64,000 nucleotides of DNA, taken from Atractiella rhizophila. Its lineage: Eukaryota. Positions 39,409 to 50,756 of this stretch are shown in pieces (position 1 is the first letter of the stretch; each line of letters starts with the position of its first letter). The stretch spans positions 1-64,000 of the forward strand of contig MU271306.1 in NCBI GenBank assembly GCA_021432655.1, read 5' to 3'. The notes below the pieces were generated by a model. That model saw only the letters and a list, made by a program, of their open reading frames with translations. It was not told the DNA's origin and did not search any database. The position numbers and the translations under genes were made by a program.

Positions 39409-41397
39409 TCATGTCTCGCCATAAATTCCTTCCGTTCCAGACGAGGTCGATACAACAGGTTTAGATTTGTATCGCGACTTCTTTGGAGTCCACGGAGTGC
39501 GACTTGGAAAACTTTCTGCGTCTTCTGATTCACTCCTCCCACCACCCTCCCTAACTCTTGATGGTCCATCAGTGACACCACACTCTCTCAGCGTCCTCCT
39601 AGAAATGTCGATTCCCTCCTCGTTCCACTCTCCGAAGAATAAAAGAACACTTAAACTACCTCCAACCACCCAGTTCTGCTTGTTCGTCATCGTGCCACCC
39701 TCCGCAGCTGTGTTCGACTCTCGGTCCCCATAGAACCAACGGATGAAGTCCGGGAAATCAAAAGATTCTGTCATACAGTAAGCAAGCTCCATGTGACTTA
39801 ACCCTTTCGCATTCTTCAGAGTGCTGAAGAAGTGACGGCAAACAAGATCGAACATTCTTCCGCACCATCGAGGTTAAGGTAGGTGAGTTGTTTGAGGCGC
39901 GATAAGTCAAGAGGAGTGGGAAGGACGGATGTCTTTCCATGGACGGAGAAAGAGCCCTGCCGGAGATAGTTTAGCTGAGGAGGCAGAGGGGAGCTCGAGA
40001 TGGAGGGATGAGTGGACATAGATCGCTGACCGCCAAGTGCCTGAGCGTGGGTGGGAGCGAGAGGGGAAGAAAATGCGGATACCTTCGAAGTTCGAGGGCT
40101 ATGAGCCCAGGAGGTAATTGAAGGCCCACTGATGACGAAGTGGTAGAGGAGGAGAAACGATCCTTCACTGCGTAAGCGAACAGCTGTTTATTCGGAGGAC
40201 GGCTGCGAGCATCAAAAGTTCTCCACCTCCTCCTTCCACCAATATCCGGGGTCCGTGTGTGTGAAATTTACCTTCTCCAGATGTCTCAAGCCTTCAGTCC
40301 TGTTCAATACAAGCTTCGTCGCATCCGTGCACCTAGCGACACTTCCGTAACATTTAGAGAGCCCATGATGACCTCTTTTGCCATTTCAACTCCAAAATCA
40401 TCTTCAAAGCTCAGCCTCTTCCACAGACGTCCAGGACCAGTATAATCCTTCAGGCGAGCATGTTTCTTGTGCACAGAATGAGTCTCCTTTACATGAGAAA
40501 CTGAAACTAGCCTCCAGAGCTGGCAGACGCGAGATAGGGTGGAAGAAATGTTATAGTTGCCCTGATACTCGCTCTCGCTAAATACGATGAAATCGAATAT
40601 GAGAGAAAGAAGTTCGACATGCAATTTGGAGATAGAGCATACGGTATCTCCTGTTGTTGGTAAGCATGAAACTTGGATGATGGTGGTAGCGTTCTGACAT
40701 TGGGATAATTCGTCGTCAGTGGTTGGGATAAAGCGTCGATCGTTGAAAGAGTATAAAGCGATAGGGGCGAAGATAGCTTGAGAACGATGTTCTGGGAGAA
40801 GAGGAAATATGCGCGTGAAGGATTCCGTGTGAGTGAAGGGCTGAGGAACAATCCATTCCTTCTTCAAGCCAGATGCTTTCAAGAACCACGCTGGATAGTC
40901 CGAATCCACAGCTGCATCAATAGATGCCCGCTGATCGACCTCCCCAAATGTTACTGTGACGCCTATGTAGTCGGATGTGACGCAAAGATTCGCCACACCA
41001 TCGTCTTGGGCTGCATTTTCAGGGTGCCCAAGTGAGAAATGAAGTAGGCCAGTTTGGAGAACACTCTTGGAGGGATGAAATCCTCTGTTCGAAGTCGTAA
41101 GATAAAGGTAATTTGGAGTGTGTGAATTGACGAAGGCAGGCAAGATAGGAAGGATGTAAGAATGCTGAGATGGAAAGAAGTGATACTTTCGTTCAGAGTG
41201 ATGAGATTGACGAGTGCAGCCGCATCTGACTGAGCTTGAGACTTCTTCAGCGCACCTTAGATAGTTGCTGCTCAACCACTACCTGAGAAAAGACACTGGA
41301 CTGCAGCCTATGTTAGAAAGAACGCAGCTAAAGACAGAGATCAGATCATGCCTCTATTGCTGGAGTTTACATTGTCACTTAAGGAAGCTTGAACCAT
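39409..41397 (-). pseudogene. F-box/LRR-like family copy 3, multiple frameshifts
   Basis: Begins MVQASLSD, with the same start context as copy 2. Motifs DDGVANLCVT, FPLLPEHRSQAIFAPIALY, ISKLHVELLSLIFDF..LSRVCQLWR, PGRLW, LPTPLDLSRL, FPDFIRWFYG and LLFFGEW are spread over at least 4 ORFs in different frames. Confidence 0.85.
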
Positions 41398-42019
41398 CTC
41401 AACAAGTTTCAGGATAAACAAAGGTCGAGAGCGTGAGATGGAAATCACCACTCGAATCGCTCTTGGGATGGAATTGATAGCACCTTTCGCCGCGCGGATG
41501 GTGAACGAGAATGTCCGAACATTGTATCTTTATTCCCACAAAACTTCGCGGGGAAAGGTCAAGGAGGAGACATGTCGCACCGCCTGTTGAAATTGAACGC
41601 ATAAATAGAAGGTCATTGATGTACTGATAATTGATATTACGTTCTGTTGAACAGGTCCCATGAACCTTGGAAGAGTGTGTGTACCGTGATCACGACCAGC
41701 TGGGAAGGACAGGCTGCTCAGTGCGTCAACGTCGATAGCAAGGAGCCTATTGGATTCATGATGTGAGGAGAGGAGCCTGAGGCACGGGAGGATCCTCGAT
41801 TCGACAGAGTGGATTCTACGGGCCTTCCCTGTTGTCTAAGAGCTCAAAAGTTAGTCAACATGTTTGTTCTACCAATGAAATTTCGTCAAATTATTGTGGA
41901 CATACATAGCACGGCCCATTGTGTGGAACGACTTAAGTGTCGACTTTCGAACTTAGCGATGCTCGATTGAATGATACGGTACAACATCCGTAGCTTGGAA
42001 TTTGCATGTGACTGTTCCG

Positions 42020-42954
42020 TTACAATTTCGGTTTCTTCTCCAACAAGTCAACCTCGATGCTACAATACAGAAGAGTATCCTCCAATGCCTGCCCCATAAT
42101 CACATCAGTCTTCGTGCTCATCTCTTCGGAAAAATCGAACAAGGAAATACGAAGAAGCACGAGGAAAGAAGGGAGACGTACACCCAAACGATGCTTCCTA
42201 TTAATTTCCTGATAATCCTCTCCACAAAGCATGTCCATAAAATGATTAATGCTCGGATAATGCACGATCGAGACCTCATCCCATCCGTCCTTCCTGCCAA
42301 GCACACTACCTAAGATCTTCGCTTGCCCTCCCCTCTTCCCTCCAACCATAGCGAACTCCTGTGCGCAAGTAACTCATTCAAAACGTTTGAGAAACTGAAG
42401 GAGAGAGGGAACCACCTTGCCATATTTGTGATAGCTCTCCCGAGCCCATTCTCCCTCTTGGAACCGCATGAGGTTAAACATTGTCACTGGCCCATCGTAC
42501 CTGTTCTGCAACGCCTCTCCCTTCTCCAACAGCTCCTTTGACAACTCCAAACTCTGTCCCTCGCCTTCCCCGCCTTTCTTCTGCTTCAACATGGCGAGGA
42601 ACTTTTCGAGTGAACCTGTGAGTGGGACACCCTTCGCCTCATTCCTCAATCTCTCCGATGTCGTTTCGTATTCCTGCACCAGGTTTTTTGGGACACCAAT
42701 TGGCAAAGTGTACACATCCGCCTTCTCCAGGATCTCTGGTGGGAGTTGTGACGTATTGGACTGTGGAGGAGATGGCAGGAGGAGAAGGATGGATGGAAAG
42801 TGCGACGGGAGGGGGAGAGGGAAGGGCTAACGACGGGGAATTGGAAGGAGGAGAGGACGAGGGAGGTGGGAAGGAGTGTCTGGACGAGGAGGAGGACAGA
42901 GTTGGGTGTACTCGAAGGCTTGTGAGTGAGTAGGTGTAATGTGAGTGCTGGCAT
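42020..42954 (-). CDS. Conserved fungal protein with a C-terminal DUF1330-like alpha/beta barrel and possible PTS1 (-PKL); apparent frameshift near 42810
   Basis: MPALTLHLL...; PVTMFNLMRF..ESYHKYGK; GGKRGGQAKILGSV..WDEVSIVHYPSINHFMDML..DYQEINRKHRLG-ALEDT; ends KKPKL*. Confidence 0.65.
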
Positions 42955-43570
42955 GGGTCCCGCTAGTCCGCTTCGATATTCTTGAGGGATAAATCTGCAA
43001 AGGAGCGGCCGTGCAAGGGGCAAGTTCAAGGAAGGCTGGTAATATACAAGCCAACTTGAAGTTCGTCGTTACTTCAGGGTTAGATTATGCTTTCACCGTT
43101 GGTCGGTGCAGCATCTCCAGAAACGATAGGCGTTTGGGTTGCATATTAGATGCTAGCAGTGCTGTAATATGATGGGAGCAAATGATGAACGGCTTCGTAG
43201 GTGAGAGTTAGTATGAACTCGGAACATCAGTATCGACGGCGTCGCAATAGGTTTCATTAAGTCCTAACTTTACTACTAGTACTCAACAATCTTCGATGAA
43301 CGTTTCCCAAATACTGAGATGTGAATGCACGGTACTTATACGGATTCAGTATTCATGATTTGATGAATGAATGTCAAACACTGGGGTTGGAACGATTGGC
43401 TGGCTGCTGGCGGTAGTATATATCCTTCCAGCGTAGCATGTCCGATTAGCACGTGAACCCCACATCGAGCCCTATCCCAAGTCTCCTTTTCAATACTGTA
43501 TGGAGGAGGATGATACGAGTCTCACCTTCGTGTCAATGTCTTATTTAGATTGTAAGTCAGATATCCGACA

Positions 43571-45217
43571 TCATTCTCCACACTCCCGAATCCAACTAAC
43601 ACCGTCCTCCTCACTCACCCCTACATCTTTCATCGTGATCCGGGCGATATCGATATCCTCCTCGCGCCACCACCCATAGAATAGGCGAACTCTCAGCTCA
43701 CGTAGTCGCGCCATTGTTTCCGCTTCACATACATCCATCATATGCTCGACCTCGAACCCCCTGTTTCCGAAGAACCAAAGGATGAATTCTGGGAATACGA
43801 AGTCCGGGAAACAGGACCAGGCGACGGGACAGTATTGAACATCTATTCTTTCAATGCACTCTGCATTTGTCAGGGTTTGGAAGAGCTGTGGGTAAGCAAG
43901 GTTTGACTCTTCCTGGGCACCGTGGAGGACGAGGGAGGTGAGGTGTGTAAGGTGCGATAAATCAAGTGAGTTGGGTAGGATAGAACTCCCATCGAGTATG
44001 ATCGTGCAATCTTCTAGAAGGGGAGGTAGAGCGGTGCTTGAAATGCAAGGAGGGAGTGGACACATGTTGGAGAGATGCAAGTATTTGAGGGTGTGCGGAA
44101 GCGGCATTGATGAGACAGGCGGATAAGTGTGAAGCCGCAGGGATATTAGGTCATGAGGTAATTGGAGGGAGGTCGGTGCTGAAGGGGAAGAGTTCTCTAC
44201 TCTGTCAGCGGTGAAGTGTCTGATCCTCCCACCCATCCTCCACATAAAATTCTCGACCTCCTCCTTCCTCCATTTCCTAGAGCCCTTGTTCGAGCTCTTC
44301 AAGTTGTGTGCAAACACTACGGTATCTAGCTTCGGCAAGCCTCCCAATGTATTCCACACCGTCTCCATCTCGTTGTCGTCCCAAAACGCATGAACCTCCA
44401 AAGAAGTAACATTCGGCGAGCCCTGGATGAGCTCTTTCATCATCTTGACGCTCATATACTCTGTAAACACCAACTTCTTCCACAAAACGCCGGCACTAGG
44501 AAAGATCCTCAAACGAGCGTGCTGTTCCTTCGCAGTGTTAGGAGTATGCCAAAGAGCAACTGACACCTTTCCCCAATGGGGGCAGACATCAGGGAGCCTG
44601 TACACTGTTTTCTCCCAGTGCGAATATTCATCGGCATCGCCACGTGTGAGATTATCGAAGATGCAGGAGAGGAGCTCGTCTGGCAGAAAGGAGATGTAGC
44701 TAACCGCGGAATTTTGGGAGAGCGAGAGTTGGACAATGTTCGGTTCGCCTCTTTTAAGGCGGGGTGAAAGGTACTCGTCATTGTGATGGATTGGGGTGCA
44801 GAAGTTGTGTGCGTCGTATTCGGCTACAGGGACGAAGATCGCCTCCGAGCGATTTTCCGGGACAAGAACTATGCGAGTGAAGGATAAACGAAAGGACCAA
44901 TGGTCAAGTCCTGGCTGCTCTGCCTCCCCAAAGGTTGCGGTGATATTTTCCTCGTTTATAGTGACGGAAAGATTCTCCACAGCGCGGTTGTCGGCTGCAA
45001 TTTCGAGATTTCGAAGTGAGAATTCGGACAACATGGAGAGTGGCGCAACAGGTCCGACAGCCCCATCATAAAGGGGTATTAGATAGTTGAAAGTGATGCG
45101 GAGCGTATGGATTGGAGGAGGTAGGGAAGATAGGAAGGAGGGAAGAATGGAGAGGTAGAGATCACGAGCTGCTGGTGTTGAGGTGATGAAAAGGACAAGT
45201 GCGCTCGAGTCTAGTTC
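43571..45217 (-). CDS. F-box/LRR-like family copy 4, apparently intact main exon (first exon not located)
   Basis: Continuous frame from a TACAG acceptor at about 45218 (ELDSSALVLFIT..LYLSILPSFLSSLPP) through ISFLPDELLSCIF..LPDVCPHW, SPNVT, GSRKWRKEEVENF, LDLSHLTHLTSL, FILWFFG and LFYGWW to the stop at 43571. Confidence 0.8.
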   Translation of the reverse strand, partial: ELDSSALVLFITSTPAARDLYLSILPSFLSSLPPPIHTLRITFNYLIPLYDGAVGPVAPLSMLSEFSLRNLEIAADNRAVENLSVTINEENITATFGEAEQPGLDHWSFRLSFTRIVLVPENRSEAIFVPVAEYDAHNFCTPIHHNDEYLSPRLKRGEPNIVQLSLSQNSAVSYISFLPDELLSCIFDNLTRGDADEYSHWEKTVYRLPDVCPHWGKVSVALWHTPNTAKEQHARLRIFPSAGVLWKKLVFTEYMSVKMMKELIQGSPNVTSLEVHAFWDDNEMETVWNTLGGLPKLDTVVFAHNLKSSNKGSRKWRKEEVENFMWRMGGRIRHFTADRVENSSPSAPTSLQLPHDLISLRLHTYPPVSSMPLPHTLKYLHLSNMCPLPPCISSTALPPLLEDCTIILDGSSILPNSLDLSHLTHLTSLVLHGAQEESNLAYPQLFQTLTNAECIERIDVQYCPVAWSCFPDFVFPEFILWFFGNRGFEVEHMMDVCEAETMARLRELRVRLFYGWWREEDIDIARITMKDVGVSEEDGVSWIRECGE

Positions 45218-46519
45218 CTGTATATCCCATAAATCAATGTGGGGTCAAACAGGATAAGGAGAAAGCTAGCAACAGCAATCATATCATCCATGCGTTGCCG
45301 CGTCACACGCGGAAATCCAAACGATGGAGCATACTCCATGCACAAAGGGCAGAGGTCGAAACTGTAAGGATGTAGAAAGGATTGCTGGATCCTGGGCTGG
45401 ACCCTAATGAGATCGATGGAGCGATGTTGTCGATGGATTAGGAGGGTCCTTGAATGGGAAACGTCCACACGTCCGGACGTTGGAGTTTGCATCGCGAACG
45501 TGGACGTGGAGAAGGACTTCATGGAGGCTACAGAGGAGAGTTTGTGCCAAGTTATTAAAAGTGCAGCCTAACATCATTCTTCAGCTTGACCTTTTGGAAA
45601 TTGAGTACAGGCATCTTGAATGGAAACCGGCGACAGGAAGGCTGGCTTCGTTTCACTGCAACAGAAGCTGGTTTAATCACGAGATACGATGATGCACGGA
45701 TGTGGCCGTCGCGCAATGGGATTTCGTCTGTTGATGACGACTCTCGCACAAAGGAGCGCATATGTTGTCTTTTATTTGACAACGACACTCGGCTTGAGAG
45801 CACTGACCAGAAATCAGAAGTGGGCTCGTGACACTTTGTCAACCTAAACGTATGTTGTGAACGGTACGGATGAAGAGAATGGTAAGCTCAAACACTCACC
45901 GATCCTAACAAGTGTTTGAGATAGGAAAGAAGAGAGTTTGGTTGTGAGACGACAAAGGCAGAAAGTGAACGGAGGAAGAAAATAGGACATGTAACCCTGG
46001 AATAAATTTTGCCACCGCCAGGAAGTTGAGGAGGGTAGGCGAAACTCACTGGCGCGGGAGGCACCGGAGACACAGAATATAGTAATTATCGGTTTAGGCC
46101 TGAAGACGCTAATTTCTTCCAGAGGGATAGCTCTTCAGGAAACTCCAATTCCAAGGCCACGAGGCAAGAAACAAGAACGCATCCTAGGGCCTTGGATTGC
46201 GGTTGAGGGATCGCAAAGACAACGCCCGTTCATCGTCACTTTTTCTGATTTGGTTACGCCTTCCGGAAACAGGTGGTTGAACTTTCGCTGGTTCCTCTTT
46301 CTCTTCAAAATCTCCCTCTCTCTTTCTCACGAACCTCGTAAGGTAAAACATGTTCGCAGCCGTGATATCTTTTCATGACTTCGGCAGCTCCCTCCATACT
46401 GGTCGCACATTTCCTTTGATTCTGTGCCGATATCAGCCACGTGGCCGTCATGTCGCTCGCTTTTGACTCTAAGTCGAAATGACTGTGTTCTTCCACATCG
46501 CTCCTCCCCAGCCTCCCAG

Positions 46520-48000
46520 ACTCGCGTCCAGTTGAAGTCACGGTCTCAGGCTCCCCGTGCAAATCTCAATCTTCTCCTCGTTCCACCCTCCATAGAATAA
46601 AAAGATCGTTAAAAGTCCTCCATTCATACTTTTCGATCAATCGTCTTCACTCCAACCCACTAGAGCTTTTGCCACCAGCCGATCTCCAAAGAACTAGCGG
46701 ATGAAATCTGCGAAATCGTCCAACTCCACCAAATTGTACGCGAGATCTATCCGCCTCACTCCTCACGCATTTTTAGTTTGTGGAAGAAATGTGGGCAACT
46801 AGTTTCGAATTTTCGTCGGTACGGAGGGAGATGAGATGTTTCAGGTGCGATAGGTCGGGTCGGGTCGGTAGGGTAGAGGTGGTTCCATTAGTCGAGTAGG
46901 GGGAGCTGGGCCGAGAGGTCTTTGTAGGAGACATGAGCCTGAGACAGAGATAGGGAGTGGTCGTAGATTGCTGACCGTCTGGCGCTGAGCTTTGTGGGAG
47001 AGCGAACCATGGAAGAGGTACCTTTTGAAGTGTTAGATCTGTGAGACCATGCAGCAATTGAAGTCCCGCTGACGCTCAGGCAAGCAGGGAAGTGCGACAC
47101 GCTGACCACTCTGACGCTCCTACTCATCCTGTGCGCAAAGTCCTCCACCTCGTCCTTGTCCCACTTTCTTGAACCCTGATCTCCAAAGTTAGATCTCCTA
47201 CCCTCTTCAAGCCTTCAGTCAACACGGCCATGGCTTTCTCTTCGTGCCAAAGTGCATCCAACCACAGCTCTGTAACATTCGGTGAGCCGGCAATAACCTC
47301 TTTTGACATCCCAACACCAATATGTCGGTTGAACAACAGCCTCCCGCACAGTCGTCCGCGCCATAACAGAGTTTCAAACCGGCGTGCTTTGTTCCACAGA
47401 GTCAGGTACGTGCTGATATCCAACTGAAACAGCCTTCCAGAGCTGCCAGACGTCAGAGACAGAATGGAACGGAGGTCTGTGTCCTCTTCTTCGATTGATG
47501 CGATGGATTCGGAGATGACAGACAGAAGCTCCATTGACAAGCAGGAGATACAGCATGGGGCAGCCGCTAGTTTTGGGCGGAGGGACAATTCTTTAATGTC
47601 CACAGTGCTCGAATGGAGAGATATTGAGAGGGGTGTCATCATTCGCCATCACTGAGAGGGACGAACCCTCGTTCCTTGCTAGAGTGTGAGGCTATGAGAG
47701 CGAAAGATAGCCTGACAACGATTTTCTGGAAGGAGAGGAGATATGCAACTGAAGATCTTGGTCCGTGGTGGCACATGGACAAGTGTCAGTCATTCCCCAA
47801 CACGTACTGTAACGTATTCCCAGTCAAGGTTGGCGCAAACGTTCGCAACGCTATCCTTTGACAGTGCAGAGGCAGAGGCAATGGGGTAATGTTCACCCAC
47901 TTAGGGATTGCTTGAAATCCAGGAAAAGTTGAATAGCTGGCGAATATTGAGTCGTTCGAAATCATGATGTTGTCAAAACAAAGGAGGGAAGCGAAGGTAC
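46520..48000 (-). pseudogene. F-box/LRR-like family copy 5, heavily degraded
   Basis: Fragments CISCLSMELLSVI, EVIAGSPNVTELWLDALW, LPTRPDLSHLKHLISL, FADFIR*FFGDR (TGG to TAG) and LFYGGWNEEKIEI lie in shifting frames. Confidence 0.8.
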
Positions 48001-48385
48001 ATCCTGTCCACATGAATCAAAATGTGTAGTTTGTCGGACGATGTGACCGCCTACGATGGATCCCTAAAGCATGAACAACATTGAGATTTTGAGTTTCTCA
48101 CGAACTTAAGACCATGTACTTACAATTTGTCCGACTCTAAAGAATGGTGACCTGGCCACAGTAGAAGGGCTTATTGCTCAGGTAACGGCCCATTCTTTAT
48201 TTTCCCAACAGTACCTGAGTGTCTAATGAATAAAAGGCTTCATAGAGTTGTTGCTGAATTGAAAGAAGATTTTATCCCAGCTCGTAAGTATAGGTGATCC
48301 CGCCGTCAACAACTCCTCAGGGAATTTCATTCCGTGAGAGAGTTTGACCCTCTTCTTTGGAGCGTAATACGAAAATCCCGTCACG

Positions 48386-50112
48386 TTACTCTTCCGGGTC
48401 GTCTCGACACTGCCCCCAACAAATCCCTGCCCCTTTGGCGCTCGACGAACACGCCATCATCGTCCTCCTCGCAATCCAGATCTCCTCCTCAGCCCACTCT
48501 CCAAAAAACAAAAGAACACGTAAAATAGATCGGCTCCTCACTTTTCCCCCTTCAGACCTAGATCCATCTTCCATATCCGCATCGTTCTTCTTAGGTTTCT
48601 CAGCCCTTCGATCTCCAAAGAACCAATGGATGAAGTCTGGGAAATCGAAAGAGCTCACGAAGCAGTAGGAAATCTCTATCAATTCTATGGACTTAGCGTT
48701 TTTGAGAGTACTGAAGAACTCTCGCGAAACTAGGTTTGAAGTGTCCTTTCCACCATCGAGTATGAGCACAGTGAGATGTTGGAGGTGTGATAAGTCAAAC
48801 GGGGTGGGTAGGATGGAGGTAATTCCATCAGTCGAGAACGGCGCGAGCTCGATATGGAGGTATTCTAGAAGAGGTGGCAGAGGGAAAGCCGAGAGGGATG
48901 GAGGGAGGGGGCATAAATTGGAGAGTTTCAAGCGCAGGAGGGTGCGCGGGAGAGAGAGGATCGGTGGAGGCGGATAATTTTCGAGCGTGACCGAAGTGAA
49001 CCCCAGAGGTAAGTGGAGGCCATTTGACACGGAACGGGCAGAGGAGGAGGAAGAGAGCTCCTCGACTTCGTAAGCAGTGAGCCGTCGGAGCCTTCCACTC
49101 GTCCTCCAAGTAAAATCCTCTATCTCCTCCTTCCTCCACTTTCTCGAACCCTTATTGCCAAAGGTCACTTGCTCCAACTTCTTTAAGCTTTCGATTGCCC
49201 TCAAAACTATCCTCGCCTCCTGTTCATTCCAAAACGCATCCAGCCACACGTAAGTAACGTTCGGCGAGCCCGTGATGACCTCCTTCACCATCTCTACGCT
49301 GATATTTTGTTCAAACTCCAATCCATTCCATAGACGCCCAGCGTGAGGATACACCCTCAAACGAGCATGTTTCCCTTTCGCAGAAGAAGGTGGATTTGAA
49401 TGAGCAACCGAAACTGCCTCCCAGAGCCGGCAGACTGCATGGAGCCTGGAAGATGCGTGAGAAGAGAAGGGGAAATCTCTATCTTCGTCAAATTTCAAGA
49501 AATCGAAGATGATGGAGAGGAGCTCGACGGGTAAGCATGCGATGGAGCAAACCTCTGACAGTGGGGGAAGCGAAAGTTGGATAATGGTTGCAGAGTTCTC
49601 ACGGAGGGATGAGAGGCATGCCGATTCGTCGTCGCTGATGGGGATAAAGCGCTCTTCTTTCCTGGAATGTAAGGCGATGGGGCGGAAGATAGCCTGAGAG
49701 CGAAGCAGAGGAAATGTGCATGTAAAGGGTTCCGCAAAAGTGAAGGTCGATCTGCCCCAGAACCAGAGGAGGTATTCCGGATCAACAGGCTCGGGTTTTT
49801 CGATCCCAAAGTTTACCGCGACTGTTTTGAAGTTGAAGGTAACGCGAAGATTCGCTACCCCGTCCTTTTCCAGTGCATTTTCGAGACCTTCAAGTGAGAT
49901 ATGGGACAATTTCGAGGATACTCGTGCAGGGGCATCTTCCTTGAGTCCAAGTGGGAGCGCAAACGTGATGCGTAGGGTGTGAATGGAGGGGGTAGGCTAG
50001 ATAGAAAAGAGGGAAGAATTGAGAGGTGAAGCGAAGCGATATTTTCCGACGGAGTTATAAAATTGACTATTGCGGTCGAGTCTCGCTCGTAAATAGCTTG
50101 CTGGCCAGTCAT
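48386..50112 (-). CDS. F-box/LRR-like family copy 6; single frameshift in a G5 run (49988-49992), either pseudogene or assembly error
   Basis: ORF 49855-50112 (DSTAIVNFITP..LHLSILPSFLSSLP) shifts into the frame of ORF 48386-49909, which has all family motifs (IACLPVELLSIIFDF..VCRLW, AGRLW, GSRKWRKEE, FPDFIHWFFG, LLFFGEW). Confidence 0.75.
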
Positions 50113-50198
50113 TTCCTCGTCAGAGATGTAGACTAACTAGATGAAAGAAAAGAACAGGAATGCGAAAGTTAAAGTGGATGACAAAGTCGGCAAAAATT

Positions 50199-50270
50199 CT
50201 CCCGGACGGGGAATCGAACCCCGATCTCCAGAGTGAGAGTCTGACGTGTTAACCGTTTCACTATCCGGGA
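50199..50270 (-). tRNA. tRNA-Glu (anticodon CTC), intronless
   Basis: TCCCGGA-TA-GTGAAACGGTTAACAC-G-TCAGA-CTCTCAC-TCTGG-AGAT-CGGGG-TTCGATT-CCCCG-TCCGGGA-G. 72 nt, perfect acceptor stem, B-box GGTTCGATTCC, followed by a T5 Pol III terminator (50196-50192). Confidence 0.95.
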
Positions 50271-50756
50271 TAATCTGGACACTGTTGTCCGGATATACAC
50301 TCAGATCTTACGACCCATGATGCAAACCTGGGGGAACGCTCTTTGCCTTGATTGATCCCGAAAAGCAAGTGTGGCTCGACGAGACGAAGCGCCTTCCCTG
50401 CCTTGGGCTGGAGGCGTTGACGGTAGTTTTAGAGGAAGAGGCTGCCTTGCTTCTGCGCAGGTCGAGTTTTCAGATCGCGTCTCTCTCGTGGGTCCGAGTC
50501 TCCTCCAAATACGCCGCACGACCTACGCAGCGGAACTCACGAACGTTCCCACCTCATCTCCTCTGCTATAAACCTTCTGTTACTCCTGGAACGCCGCCTA
50601 GAAGAGTGCCTGAAGCGAAAGTCAAGTTATCTGCATTGTTGCAGCCAGAATCCGAATTCTAGTCCAGCGTTCGTACCTCACCTGTTGACATCTTTACCCT
50701 GCTGCTTCTTACCTAGAAACACGAAAGCTGATATGAATGTGTGATGGAGCAGCGCG

